Of a stretch of DNA of 64,000 nt, positions 31,478-45,300 are shown piece by piece. Within the stretch, counting starts at the first letter, position 1; every line of letters begins with the position of its first letter. The notes below the pieces were generated by a model. The model had not been told where the DNA came from. It was given only the letters and a program-made list of their open reading frames with translations, and made no database searches. Source of the stretch: Macrostomum hystrix (Eukaryota; Animalia; Platyhelminthes); NCBI GenBank assembly GCA_950097015.1, contig CATNEN010000025.1, positions 2,728,001 through 2,792,000 on the forward strand, in the 5' to 3' direction. Both the position numbers and the translations under genes were made by a program.

Positions 31478-33376
31478 TTATCTAATCGGCCCGCTGGCGG
31501 TGCCGGCGCCAGCGGAGGTCGTCGCAGCAGCCGTTGCCACCGCAGCGACTGTTGACGCGGCGTCAATTGACGATGAAGACGACCGCCTGTGATGATGGTG
31601 CACTAGAGAGGAGGTCGGGTACAGCTTGTACCAGCCGATGACAATGTTCACTAGATTCAGATCGTCCAGCATCACCTGGCAGACGCCCATGAATGCCTTG
31701 CGATCCATGCGACCGTAGTCGCCCCACACTGTCACCTGGGATTCACAGTTGGGAGCGGGGAGCACTGAATAACACCTACTCGGCTCCGTTGGGATTCAAA
31801 TTGATTGCGGATTTGGTGATTCTTGGGGATCCGACTGGGAGGGAGTATTTCAATGGCGATAAGATGGTGAATGGGAGATGGGATTCTAGTAGGGATCAGA
31901 TGGGGATTCGAGTAGGGATCAGATGGGGATTCGAGTAGGGATCAGATGGGGATTCGAGTAGGGATCAGATGGGGATTCGAGTAGGGATCAGATGGGGATT
32001 CGAGTAGGGATCAGATGGGGATTCGAGTAGGAATCAGATGGGGATTTGAGTAAGGATCAGATGGGGATTCGAGTAGGGATCAGATGGGGATTCGATTATG
32101 GATCAGATGAGGATTCGAGTAGGGGTCAGATGGGGATTCGATTATGGATCAGATGGGGATTCGAGTAGGGATCAGATGGGGATTTGAGTAGGGATCAGAT
32201 GGGATTCGAGTAGGGATCAGATGGGATTCGAGTAGGGATCAGATGGGATTCGAGTAGGGATCAGATGGGGATTCGAGTAGGGATCAGATGGGGATTCGAT
32301 TATGGATCAGATGAGGATTCGAGTAGGGGTCAGATGGGGATTCGATTATGGATCAGATGGGGATTCGAGTAGGGATCAGATGGGGATTTGAGTAGGGATC
32401 AGATGGGATTCGAGTAGGGATCAGATGGGATTCGAGTAGGGATCAGATGGGATTCGAGTAGGGATCAGATGGGATTCGAGTAGGGATCAGATGGGATTCG
32501 AGTAGGGATCAGATGGGGATTCGAGTAGGGATCAGATGGGGATTCGATTATGGATCAGATGAGGATTCGAGTAGGGGTCAGATGGGGATTCGATTATGGA
32601 TCAGATGGGGATTCGAGTAGGGATCAGATGGGATTCGAGTAGGGATCAGATGGGATTCGAGTAGGGATCAGATGGGGATTCGAGTAGGGATCAGATGGGG
32701 ATTCGAGTAGGGATCAGATGGGGATTCGAGTAGGGATCAGATGGGGATTCGAGTAGGGATCAGATGGGGATTCGAGTAGGGATCAGATGGGATTCGAGTA
32801 GGGATCAGATGGGGATTCGAGTAGGGATCAGATGGGATTCGAGTAGGGATCAGATGGGGATTCGAGTAGGGATCAGATGGGATTCGAGTAGGGATCAGAT
32901 GGGGAATTAATATAATCAAGATTTTTCGATAAGTAATTTAACTTTTCAATGTGGGATCAGATAGGATAATTGTTCAAGCGAACTTGGCTTCTAATACTGA
33001 CGAATTGCTCGAAGATAAAACACGAATGAGCCTCACCTGCAGTATCTTGCCCCGGAAGTCTTCCAGAAAGATGAGCTGCTGCTGATACAGCGGATCCAAG
33101 GTGCGCCTAGTTACCGGGGTCTTCTGCTTCTCAACGCAGTTCTTGCTCTCCAGCAGGTAAACTTTCACGTAGGGCGCCGGTAGCATTTTGGCGCCCTTCT
33201 TGGCGTAAAGCCCGCGCGCCCTGATCACCTCCACCTCTAGACGGCCCTTCCTGTTGAACAGGCCAAGTTGAATTTCGCCAAGGCACGGCGTGCCCAAGAC
33301 CTGACGGCCGACCAACTGACCGGGACCCAGGCCCTCGACGAACTCCGTCAGATGGCCCTCTGGCGGAGCGCCGAGC
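31478..33376 (-). CDS. unc-10: RIM C2B domain exons (33037-33376 and 31478-31735)
   Basis: [34 protein letters not shown]|[29 protein letters not shown]. Confidence 0.95.
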
Positions 33377-36300
33377 CTGTTGAAGTGGCCCAAGACAAAG
33401 TAAAAGATTGCCTTACCCCACTACAACTCCTATCCTGAAGCCCATCACCCACCCCATACCAATCCTGAAGCTCACCACCCACCCCATACCAATCCTGAAA
33501 CCCACCACCCACACCACACCAATCCTGAAACCCACCACCCACCCCATACCAATCCTGAAGCCCACCACCCACCCCATACCAATCCTGAAACCCACCACCC
33601 ACCCCACAGCAATCCTGAGGCCCACCACCCACCCCATACCAATCCTGAAACCCACCACCCACACCACACCAATCCTGAAACCCACCACCCACCCCATACG
33701 AATCCTGAAACCCACCACCCAGCCCATACCAATCCTGAAGCCCACCACCCACCCCATACCAATCCTGAAACCCACCACCCACACCACACCAATCCTGAAA
33801 CCCACCACCCAGCCCATACCAATCCTGAAGCCCACCACCCACCCCATACCAATCCTGAAACCCACCACCCACCCCATACCAATCCTGAAGCCCACCACCC
33901 ACCCCATACCAATCCTGAAGCCCACCACCCACCCCATACCAATCCTGAAACCCACCACCCACACCACACCAATCCTGAAGCTCACCACCCACCCCATACC
34001 AATCCTGAAGCCCACCACCCACCCCATACCAATCCTGAAACCCACCACCAAGCCCATACCAATCCTGAAACCCACCACTCATCCCACAGCAATACTGAAG
34101 CTCACCACCCACCGCACACCAATCCTGAAGCTCACCACCCACCCCATACCATTCCTGAAACCCAACACCCACCCCATACCAATCCTGAAACCCACCACCC
34201 ACACCACACCAATCCTGAAACCCACCACCCACCCCATACCAATCCTGAAACCCACCACCCACCCCATACCAATCCTGAAACCCACCACCCACCCCACACC
34301 AATCCTGAAACCAACCACCCACACCACACCAATCCTGAAGCTCACCACCCACCCCACAACGATCCTGAAGCCCAGCATTGTCTGCTGATGCATCTGAATC
34401 TCACATGGACGGATCCAGGCTAGGTAGACTGCCATCGCTGGAATCCTGGGCGCTGAACTGCGGCAGTTGCTGCAGCTGTTGCTGCTGCTGAAATTGCAAC
34501 TGTTGTTGCTGTTGCTGCTGTGTTAAAACTTGCTGCTGCTGCTGCTGTTGCTGCAGTCTATGACCGCTAGATCCCACAGGCCTATTTGAGCTCATCGGAT
34601 CACGAGAATAGCCAGCCGCTGTCATGCTGGGCGGCAGAACCTCCTCAGAGCGTTGAAATGCGCCTTTATGCTTCTTCTCTGAAAATAGGACAATTAAATT
34701 ATGTTAAAGGCACCCAACCCCATAAGTAATAATGATTTTTTGAGAGCTGCGGGCAATGGCACATAATTTGGTGACACTAGACCCACTGTCAGCGAGGTCT
34801 GCCCATTTCGCTGGCTCCTATGAGCACACACGCACACAGATACCGTACGCAGGCATACGCTCACACTAGTGTGTACATCTCGCTGAAATTTACTCTAGAC
34901 AGTGTCACTCTTTTGTTTTTTTTTGTTGCCGTTGATGAGGATTAAGAAACAGAGTAGTGCGCATAGTGAACCAATATGCCCATTTTGTGTACTTCCGAGT
35001 CAACTCGAAAAAAAGTCGGTCTTTAATTATTCTTTCTGAAGTCATACTGGGTCACCCAGTTTGTGAAATTGGGAAATTCTGGGCCTTGTAGATATTTAGC
35101 AGTCAGTCTTAGGGGAAATTGAGCCGAAGCCTAGGCCAAGAGGGATCTGGCGATGGGCAATGTCCATCGGCTTCTCTCCCATTGCTTCTCCTCAACCCCT
35201 CTAGGACAGGCCGGCCGCCCACGCCCGTTTCATATCTAAGCCTAGCCTCTCATACTGGGACAGGCCGCTCACAGCTAGCCCAGTAAGGCATATACTAGTA
35301 TTATAGAATTCGAGGCGCTAACGTTAGGAACGGAAGCAGAAAAAGTGTCTCAAACTGAAGCATCGAGAATTGAACGAGAATGGAGGGGGTTGACGATGCG
35401 ATGCAGATAAGAACCAACACAGTCATTCTCTTTACCCCTCTGCCCCCGTCTCGCCTTGCCCCACCCACCAAAACGGCTCTGTCTTTCTTGCAGACCAGTC
35501 GTTAAATCCGATGCTTGGGGCGCCATACTCCCCCCTATAGGGATTTCTTGCTGCTAGTAGGGGAGTCAGTAGGGGTTGGGAGATTGCGCACTCAAGATCC
35601 TAGAGTTCGCAGCGGCGTGATTCGTGTCGCGTAGACGCCACGTTCCACTAACCAGAGGATGACATCAAAGAAATTTTTGTACTTAATTTGTGCAAGGCAT
35701 TGAGAGTCAGACAGTCAGCCGTATTGAAACGAAAAGAAGGCCAGAGGTGCTAATGAATAATTCATTGGGCCAACCGTCTCGCATGACTCGCGGCTCCTGG
35801 TTTTGTAGCCTTCCGTTCTTTCTGGTTGGAGCCTCATTTTGTCGCCATTCTGTCGTCAGCTGCCCATATTGCTGGCTAGCGTTAAAGTGCATCTAGTTGC
35901 TATGCGAACCCCGTGCTTGCTTGCTTTCTGATTCGAATTAGAAATTTCTAACTCTTCATCGAATAATAAAAGTGCAGCGTGACTAATCAAGATTTAGTTC
36001 TGTTCTGGTCTGACTAATGAGGATTTAGTTCCGTCCTGCTCTGACTAATGAAGATTTAGTTCCATCCAGCTCTGACTAATGAAGATTTAGTTCCATCCAG
36101 CTCTGACTAATGAGGATTTAGTTCCGTCCTGCTCTGATTAATGAAGATTTAGTTCCATCCAGCTCTGACTAATGAAGATTTAGTTCCATCCAGCTCTGAC
36201 TAATGAGGATTTAGTTCCGTCCTGCTCTGACTAATGAAGATTTAGTTCCATCCTGCTCTGACTAATGAGGATTTAGTTCCGTCCTGCTCTGACTAATGAG

Positions 36301-39300
36301 GATTTAGTTCCATCCTGCTTTGACTAATGAGGATTTAGTTCCATCCTGCTCTGACTAATGAGGATTTAGTTCCGTCCTGCTCTGACTAATGAAGATTTAG
36401 TTCCATACTGCTTTGACTAATGAGGATTTAGTTCCATCCTGCTCTGACTAATGAGGATTTAGTTCCGTCCTGCTCTGACTAATGAAGATTTAGTTCCATC
36501 CTGCTTTGACTAATGAGGATTTAGTTCCGTCCTGCTCTGACTAATGAAGATTTAATTCCGTCCTGCTCTGACTAATGAGGATTTAGTTCCGTCCTGCTCT
36601 GACTAATGAGGATTTAGTTCCGTCCTGCTCTGACTAATGAAGATTTAGTTCCGTCCTGCTCTGACTAATGAAGATTTAGTTCCGTCCTGCTCTGACTAAT
36701 GAAGATTTAGTTCCGTCCTGCTCTGACTAATGAAGATTTAGTTCCGTCCTGCTCTGACTAATGAAGATTTAGTTCCGTCCTGCTCTGATTAATGAAGATT
36801 TAGTTCCATCCTGCTCTGACTAATGAAGATTTAGTTCCGTCCTGCTCTGATTAATGAGGATTTAGTTCCGTCCTGCTCTGACTAATGAAGATTTAGTTCC
36901 GTCCTGCTCTGACTAATGAAGATTTAGTTCCATCCTGCTTTGACTAATGAGGATTTAGTTCCATCCAGCTCTGACTAATGAAGATTTAGTTCCGTCTTGC
37001 TCTGACTAATGAGGATTTAGTTCCATCCGGCTCTGACTAATGAGGATTTAGTTCCGTCCTGCTCTGACTAATGAAGATCTAGTTCCGTCCTGCTCTGACT
37101 AATGAAGATTTAGTTCCATCCTGCTTTGACTAATGAGGATTTAGTTCCATCCAGCTCTGACTAATGAAGATTTAGTTCCGTCTTGCTCTGACTAATGAGG
37201 ATTTAGTTCCATCCGGCTCTGACTAATGAGGATTTAGTTCCGTCCTGCTCTGACTAATGAAGATCTAGTTCCGTCCTGCTCTGACTAATGAGGATTTAGT
37301 TCCGTCCTGCTCTGACTAATGAGGATTTAGTTCCATCCTGCTTTGACTAATGAGGATTTAGTTCCATCCTGCTCTGACTAATGAGGATTTAGTTCCGTCC
37401 TGCTCTGACTAATGAAGATTTAGTTCCATCCTGCTTTGACTAATGAAGATTTAGTTCCATCCTGCTCTGAATAATGAAGATTTAGTTCCGTCCTGCTCTG
37501 ACTAATGAAGATTTAGTTCCATCCTGCTTTGACTAATGAGGATTTAGTTCCGTCCTGCTCTGACAAAAGCTTTTGAGTCGTTGACTGAATCGTCTTATAG
37601 AAGCGTTTGAGTCGTTAGAGAGTCGCTAGTGGTTAAGTCGTTAAAGAAAAGTTTGATTCGTCAGAGAAGCGTTTGAGTCGTTACAGATTTTACCGTTAAC
37701 GGTTCACAATTTGAATCGGGAAATAATTGATAATTGAGCACGGCCGCTCAAGTCCGACTCACCCAAGTTGGTAGCTGACGAGCTCTTCCTGTTCAGTCCT
37801 GGGATGAAGCTGCTAAATTTTTGACCCATGCTGGCGCGCCTATTCTTCTCGTTTCTGGCGCCAGCTGCGCCGGACCCTCCGCCAGGGGAGCCGTCAATGC
37901 CATCGGTGCCGACTAGCGCCGACGACGATGCCTTCCGGGAGCGACCGCCCCCTCCACCGCCGCCGCCTCCAACGGAGCTGCCTGCGGCGATCGAAGAATC
38001 CGCGGCGGCGGAAGCCGAGACCAGCATCGACGACCCGACCGCGGACGTTCCAGAAGTCACGCCGCCGATTCCACCGCCGCTGCTGGCACCCCGACGGAGC
38101 TGCTGCCGTTCGCTCTGTCCTGAGACAATCGAACGCTTGGATAGTTCGGAGATGTCGGAATTCTCCGACACGTCGCTAATAGCTCCGGCTTCATCTTCGT
38201 GCATTAGGCGGGCCGGATGTCGATTGCCAACACTTCCGCGATGCTGCTGCTGCGGACGGTAAGGATGTTGCTGACCGTAGGGCTCCGACGCGGCCGGACT
38301 ATCAACCCTGCCAAAGGGCGTCGCAACGCCTGGAACCTGAGGTAGCTGGCGCTTTTTGCCTGGAGTGACGAAGGTCGCAGCGTAGCTGAAACCGACGTCG
38401 CTGGTCGCTGTCGGAGAGAGCGGTTGCCTCTGAGCGCCGATCGCCGTCTGTTGCTGACCGGCTGATAGATCGCGGCCTTGTTGGGGGAGATGGGGAGTTA
38501 CGGAGAGTTGAGTTGCTTAATTTAAATTTTCGATGCGGACGCAAAATAGGTACTCGTACACTGCCTGACGATGCGATAGTCAGGGCAGATGTACACACCC
38601 TGTGTGCGTGTGTGCTCAGCGGAATAGGCAGAATTGCCTCCTCGCTGGCTGCGGGTCTACTGTTACCAAATGATGTGCCATTGCCCACAGCACTCCGGGA
38701 AATATTTAATAATAATTACTATATTTATTTATTTACTATAAATAACAAATAACAGAACAAATAAGCCAACTTAGAAACCATCTATCACAGACAAAAATCC
38801 GCCAATTTGCCATAGACACAATCTACTGTTGCGACTTATTTACCATAGACACTATCGAATGCTGCGACATATTTATCATAGACACAATCGAACGTTGCGA
38901 CTTATACCATAGACACTATCGAACGTTGCGACTTATTTACCATAGACACAATCGAACGTTGCGACTTATTTACCATAGACACTATCTACTGTTGCGACTT
39001 ATTTACCATAGACACTATCTACTGTTGCGACTTATTTACCATAGACACTATTGAACGTTGCGACTTATTTACCATAGACACTATCGAACGTTGCGACTTA
39101 TTTACCATAGACACTATCGAACGTTGCGACTTATTTACCAAGACACTATCGAACGTTGCGACTTATTTACCATAGACACTATCGAACGTTGCGACTTATT
39201 TACCATAGACACTATCGAACGTTGCGACTTATTTACCAAGACACTATCGAACGTTGCGACTTATTTACCAAGACACTATCGAATGTTGCGACTTATTTAC

Positions 39301-42300
39301 CATAGACACTATTGAACGTTGCGACTTATTTACCAAAGACACTATTGAACGTTGCGACTTATTTAACATAGACACTATCGAACGTTGCGACTTATACCAT
39401 AGACACTATTGAACGTTGCGACTTATTTACCATAGACACTATCGAACGTTGCGACTTATTTACCATAGACACTATCGAATGTTGACAGAATTTACTAAAT
39501 TTCCTCAGATGAGAACTGAGGACTTTTACAGGAGGACTCTTAGGCTGGGGCACTAATGACGAACAGACACTGACGTCAGGGAAGACAAAGACGAGACAAA
39601 TAAGGGACACTTGCCAACTCACCAGGTATGGGGGCACGAAGGGACAGAGACAGAGAGACTCGCCTTTCAGAGCTCTTCTATTAGCTCATAGATCATAGCT
39701 CATAGATCATAGCTATAGGCACAGTGTCTGGTACTACTGGGTGATGCTGCTGATTGAACACTGTCTATATACCTGTTTACCATAGGCAATAGCTAGGACA
39801 GACAATCTACCATAGACATTATCCTCCATGGGAACTGCAGTGCGCACCATCTACCATAGGACTTAGACCACTATTTGCGAGCGAATCATACAGCATGGAC
39901 AGTATCTACCACGGAACGTAAACTATAATCTACAGTAAAACATGGACACTGAGTCTCAATCCACCATAGAACATTGACCTCTATTTACCATAGAACTTGG
40001 ATTCTATCTACCATATGGACACTATCTAACGATCTACCATAGAGACTTTCAGACAGAAACTACTATAATAGACAGTAGAAGTCATAAAAAGCAATCACGA
40101 ACACAGTATTTCAAAGCAGTCCTACTATTAAAACTAACTAGACACCCGAGGCTCATAGATCAGCAAAAATCTGCATGACAACAGTGTCGCAGTCTGAGAA
40201 TTCATCTCCTGGCAGAGATTTCAGCATTGCACTGTTGGTAAGCTGCAAAATAGTTAATGGATGCCTGAGCTGGCATTGATGAAGGCCCCTAATGGGACGG
40301 CTGCTGCATAATGGAGGTGTGTTAGGAGCAGAGGGAACGAAATTCAAGTAAGGAAACGAAGGCTGAGAGGGCACTCCATACTGAGAATTATGCATAATAA
40401 AAACTCAATTTTCAACACTAACAGAGAACGATGCAGTTATAAGCCGGCAGTGTTTACATATAATTGTCCAACACAAATACAAAAATGAAGTTTGGGATAA
40501 AGAACTTCAGATAATTAACAATGATTAAAGCAGTGGATTACTAATCAAATCGCGAATCCCTTGTTGCAGACGCTGCTTTAGATAAAAGAAGACGATTTTT
40601 TGTTAGAATGGACCCGTTCTCATTTAATATTGTTGAATTTTAAGTGAACAAGCTTTTCTCTTTTCATTATTTGAAGAAAAACGAAGCACGAAATTCTCTT
40701 TAATTAAGGCATAAACTAGGCGCTGTCCATTTAGAGGAAATAGTGAATGATCTGGAAAAGAATAAGTTTGGGAGAATTGCAGTGCAATGATTACTTAAAG
40801 ACTACTAAAGATTACTACAGCCATAGATACGAAGTAGCTCGTAGTTGCCAGAAACGTTGCTGTAGAAGTTTAATGTAGAGGATGTCAAATAAGATCGTAA
40901 GTGTCAGATATTTTTGTAGGTGCTAAAATGGTTGTCGGTGTCAGATAGAGTTGTGGGTGTAAGGGATGGCTGCGGGTGTCAGGGATGGCTACGAGTGTCA
41001 GATATGGCTGTGAGTGTCAGATATGGCTGTGGGTGTCAGATATGGCTGTGAGTGTCAGATATGGCTGTGAGTGTCAGATATGGCTGTGGGTGCCAGATAT
41101 GGCTGTGGGTGTCAGATATGGCTGTGGGTGTCAGATATGGCTGTGGGTGTCAGATATGGCTGTGGGTGTCAGATATGGCTGTGAAAGTCAGATATGGCTG
41201 TGGGTGTCAGATATGGCTGGGGTGTCAGATATGGCTGTGGGTGTCAGATATGGCTGTGAGTGTCAGATATGGCTGTGGGTGTCAGATATGGCTGCGAGTG
41301 TCAGATATGGCTGTGGGTGTCAGATATGGCTGTGAGTGTCAGATATGGCTGTGAGTGTCAGATATGGCTGTGGGTGTCAGATATGACCGTGGGTGTCAGA
41401 TATGGCTGTGAGTGTCAGATATGGCTGTGAGTGTCAGATATGGCTGTGAGTGTCAGATATGGTTGTGAGTGTCAGATATGGCTGTGGGTGTCAGATATGG
41501 CTGCGAGTGTCAGATATGGCTGTGAGTATCAGATATGGCTGTGGGTGTCAGATATGACCGTGGGTGTCAGATATGGCTGTGAGTGTCAGATATGGCTGTG
41601 AGTGTCAGATATGGCTGTGGGTGTCAGATATGGCTGCGAGTGTCAGATATGGCTGTGGGTGTCAGATATCGCTGGGGTGTCAGAAATGGCTGGGGTGTCA
41701 GACCAAGCGCTCACCTCGTTCTCCTCGCTGAGGCGCTGACCTGTAGGCATCGTTAGACCGGTCCGGGTACATCTGCCGGGTGCAGAGTTGGGTGAGGGTT
41801 TGGCGAGTGTTTTAGCCGCGACTTGACAAATGGCTTGCACTTTCTTTTAGATTCGTTCGACTCCCGTCTATACTGTCACTCTAGCTTCTCTGACACTAAG
41901 CTCTGACACTAATCTCTCTGTCTTCTCTTGAGAGCTGTGACTGTCGGGCGTTTGAGTATATGCTCAACCAGCCAGGCTTTCTTCATTTAACATGAGAAGG
42001 AGTGGAGATCTGAGACGGTTGGGCGGATGGGACAAACTCAGACTGCCCCCACCCCAGTCGCACTATGATTCGCTGGCCCCACCTCCGATTCCAGTTGCTT
42101 GAGCTGCAAATATCCTCACCATACCCTGCTCCCTCTCTGAGCACAGAGGAAACACTGATATGTGGGGAAAATATTAGGGCTGCTCTAGGGATGGAGCGAA
42201 CAAGTGCGACTTGCACTTTATTAATCCCAAGTTTCAGTCCTCCCAGTTCCGAATCAAGTCGCCTGCAAGCAATATTGCACTTCCAAAATAGGATAAAAAC

Positions 42301-45300
42301 TAACCAAACACCTGTTGGGTCAGCGGCTCCTACCAAACACTCACACCTGTTACACCTGTTAGGTGAGCAGCTCCTACCAAACACTCACACCTGTTACACC
42401 TGTTAGGTGAGCAGCTCCTACCAACAACTCTCACCTGTTAGACCTGTTAGGTGAGCAGCTCCTACCAAACACTCACACCTGTTACACCTGTTAGGTGAGC
42501 AGCTCCTACCAAACACTCACACCTGTTAGGTGAGCAGCTCCTACCAAACACTCACACCTGTTAGGTGATGAGCTCCTACCAAACACTCACACCTGTTAGG
42601 TGAGCGGCTCCTACAAACACTCTCACCTGTTAGGTGAGCGTCTCCTACAAACAACTCTCACCTGTTAGACCTGTTAGGTGAGCAGCTCCTACAAACACTC
42701 ACACCTGTTAGGTGAGCAGCTCCTACAAACACTCACACCTGTTAGGTGAGCAGCTTCTACAAACACTCACACCTGTTAGGTGAGCAGCTCCTACAAACAC
42801 TCTCACCTGTTAGGTGAGCAGCTTCTACAAACACTCTCACCTGTTAGGTGAGCAGCTCCTACCAAACACTCTCACCTGTTAGGTGAGCAGCTCCTACAAA
42901 CACTCTCACCTGTTAGGTGAGCAGCTCCTACCAAACACTCACACCTGTTAGGTGAGCAGCTCCTACAAACACTCTCACCTGTTAGGTGAGCAGCTCGTAC
43001 AAACACTCTCACCTGTTAGGTGAGCAGCTCCTACCAAACACTCTCACCTGTTAGGTGAGCAGCTCCTACCAAACACTCACACCTGTTAGGTGAGCAGCTC
43101 CTACCAAACACTCACACCTGTTAGGTAAGTAACTCACTGGAGTTGGCGTAACGCTTGACTCTCGCGGGCATGCCAGTCGGAACCAAGTTGGCTGATCGTT
43201 GAAGCTGCAGCTGGACAAGTTGATGGCAGTCTGTAAACAAGTAAAAAAATGAGAAGTATTTGGCTCGTATCTGGCACTGGTTTATAACAACCTAACATAA
43301 CTCGAGGGACGAAAAGAGAATCCAAAAGGCGATAGCGGGCCTGATTGACTTGATAGATGCGACAGTGTGGAGATGAGACAGAGGAGAGATGAGATGGGGG
43401 AGAGATAAGACGGGGGAGAGATGAGACAGGGGAGAGATGAAATGGGGGAGAGATAAGACGGGGGAGAGATGAGACAGGGGAGAAATGAGACACGGGAGAG
43501 ATGAGACGGGGGAGAGATGGTACAGGGGAGAGATGAGACGGGGGATAGATGAGACGGGGGACAGATGAGACAGAGGAGAGATGAGACAGAGGAGAGATGA
43601 GACACGGGATAGATGAGACGGGGGACAGATGAGACAGAGGAGAGATGAGACAGAGGAGAGATGAGACAGGGGAGAGATGAGACGGGGGAGAGAAGAGACA
43701 GGGGAGAGAAGAGACAGGGGAGAGAAGAGACAGGGGAGAGATGAGACAGGGGAGAGATGAGATAGGCGAGAGGTGAGACAGAGGAGATGAGAAAACAACG
43801 GAGAGATGAGACAGGTAAGAGATGAGACAGGGGAGAGAAGAGACAGGGGAGAGATGAGACAGGGGAGAGATGAGACAGGGGAGAGAAGAGACAGGTAAGA
43901 GATGAGACAGGGGAGAGATGAGACAGGGGAGAGATGAGAGACAGGGGAGAGATGAGAGACAGGGGAGAGATGAGAGACAGGGGGAGATGAGACAGGGGAG
44001 AGATGAGAGACAGGGGAGAGAAGAGACAGGGGAGAGAAGAGACAGGGGAGAGAAGAGACAGGGGAGAGATGAGACAGGGGAGAGAAGAGACAGGGGAGAG
44101 ATGAAATGGGGTGGAGGTGTTGAAAGTTGTTGAAGGGGCAGGGGGCGGATATGGGTGCTTCGAGGGTCGGATCTTGCCGCTTACAGGATGTGGCCGCCAT
44201 GTGCCCTAAAATATCTGATGTCTTTGAAACTTGTCATTTTACCTCGCCGATGATCTCCGAGCCGTTGAAATCGTCGTAGTCAAGCACTTCAACTCGGATG
44301 CTGCCCTCGCGAATATCTTTCTCAGTAACTGGGACGAAGATGAATGTCTGATTCCACATCGGGTCATTGTTGTAGGACACTATCTTCGACTGTCGCTGCT
44401 CGCTGCAATCGACATACTTATTAACTTCACTTTTATTTCATTTAACTAACAGTGAAAAGTCAAACTCAATGGACACTGGCCGTAAGTTAAAATCGGAAAA
44501 TATTTGTAGGAGCGAAGCTATTTTCAAATAATTTTTTATTTAGTCTATTGTGTTGCTAAAGAACACAAATTGTACCAGCGGAGTCAGGAATCAAACCCCC
44601 GACCTTCAAGTCGTGAGTCCAATGCTCTAACCACTAGGCTGCAACCACGGTATTTTTTGAAACACCTAATTTTAAACAACCTCAGTCGAACCACGTGACT
44701 AGTCTCAGCCAGTCACAACTAAGCTAGGCGATTTTAAGAAACTCTTGTAGTCGAGGAAAACACCCCTTTACCCGCCCGCCCTCAATCGAATCACGAGACT
44801 GGCTTTAGCCAAGGAAATTTCAAGCATTTCACTATTTTTTACGCAGTCCCTACTCGACCCATGATTGGCTGACGCAGTTAAGATTTGTTGCTATTTTCAG
44901 AAACTTGGCTGGAAAACCCCCAGTCGAAGCACGTGATTGGTCTCAGCCAAAAAAATTTGCTGAACGATTTATAATTTTTCCACGGTAGAGAATTAGTGCC
45001 AGTATGATTTGAAAAGCCGCCAAAAAAGAAATCACGTCAAGCAATTTGGCCTCACTTTAGATAAGGCAGAAGGCTGAGCACCACGAAGGCGTTTGACAAC
45101 TGATTTCTAGCCGGTGGCACCAAGTTGAAGGCCGACAGTAGGCCGACCGTGAGGCTGGCGCTATCCAGGTCGTACCAGAATTTCAATTGGATCCGACCGG
45201 CAGATGATGTCAGCAAAGAGCGGATCGACTCCTGTGAGTTGGCCCTGGCCACAGTGCGGCCGGCCACTGCGGATTATCGAGGAGGGAGAGAGGATTAGCT

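Noticed and set aside
33348-34435. Mucin-like [10 protein letters not shown] and GGGFQDWY ORFs
   Set aside because: 30-bp intronic satellite open in several frames on both strands.
35985-39485. 31- and 33-bp repeats of CRISPR-like length with small hairpins
   Set aside because: Head-to-tail with no unique spacers, eukaryotic intron context, no cas genes.
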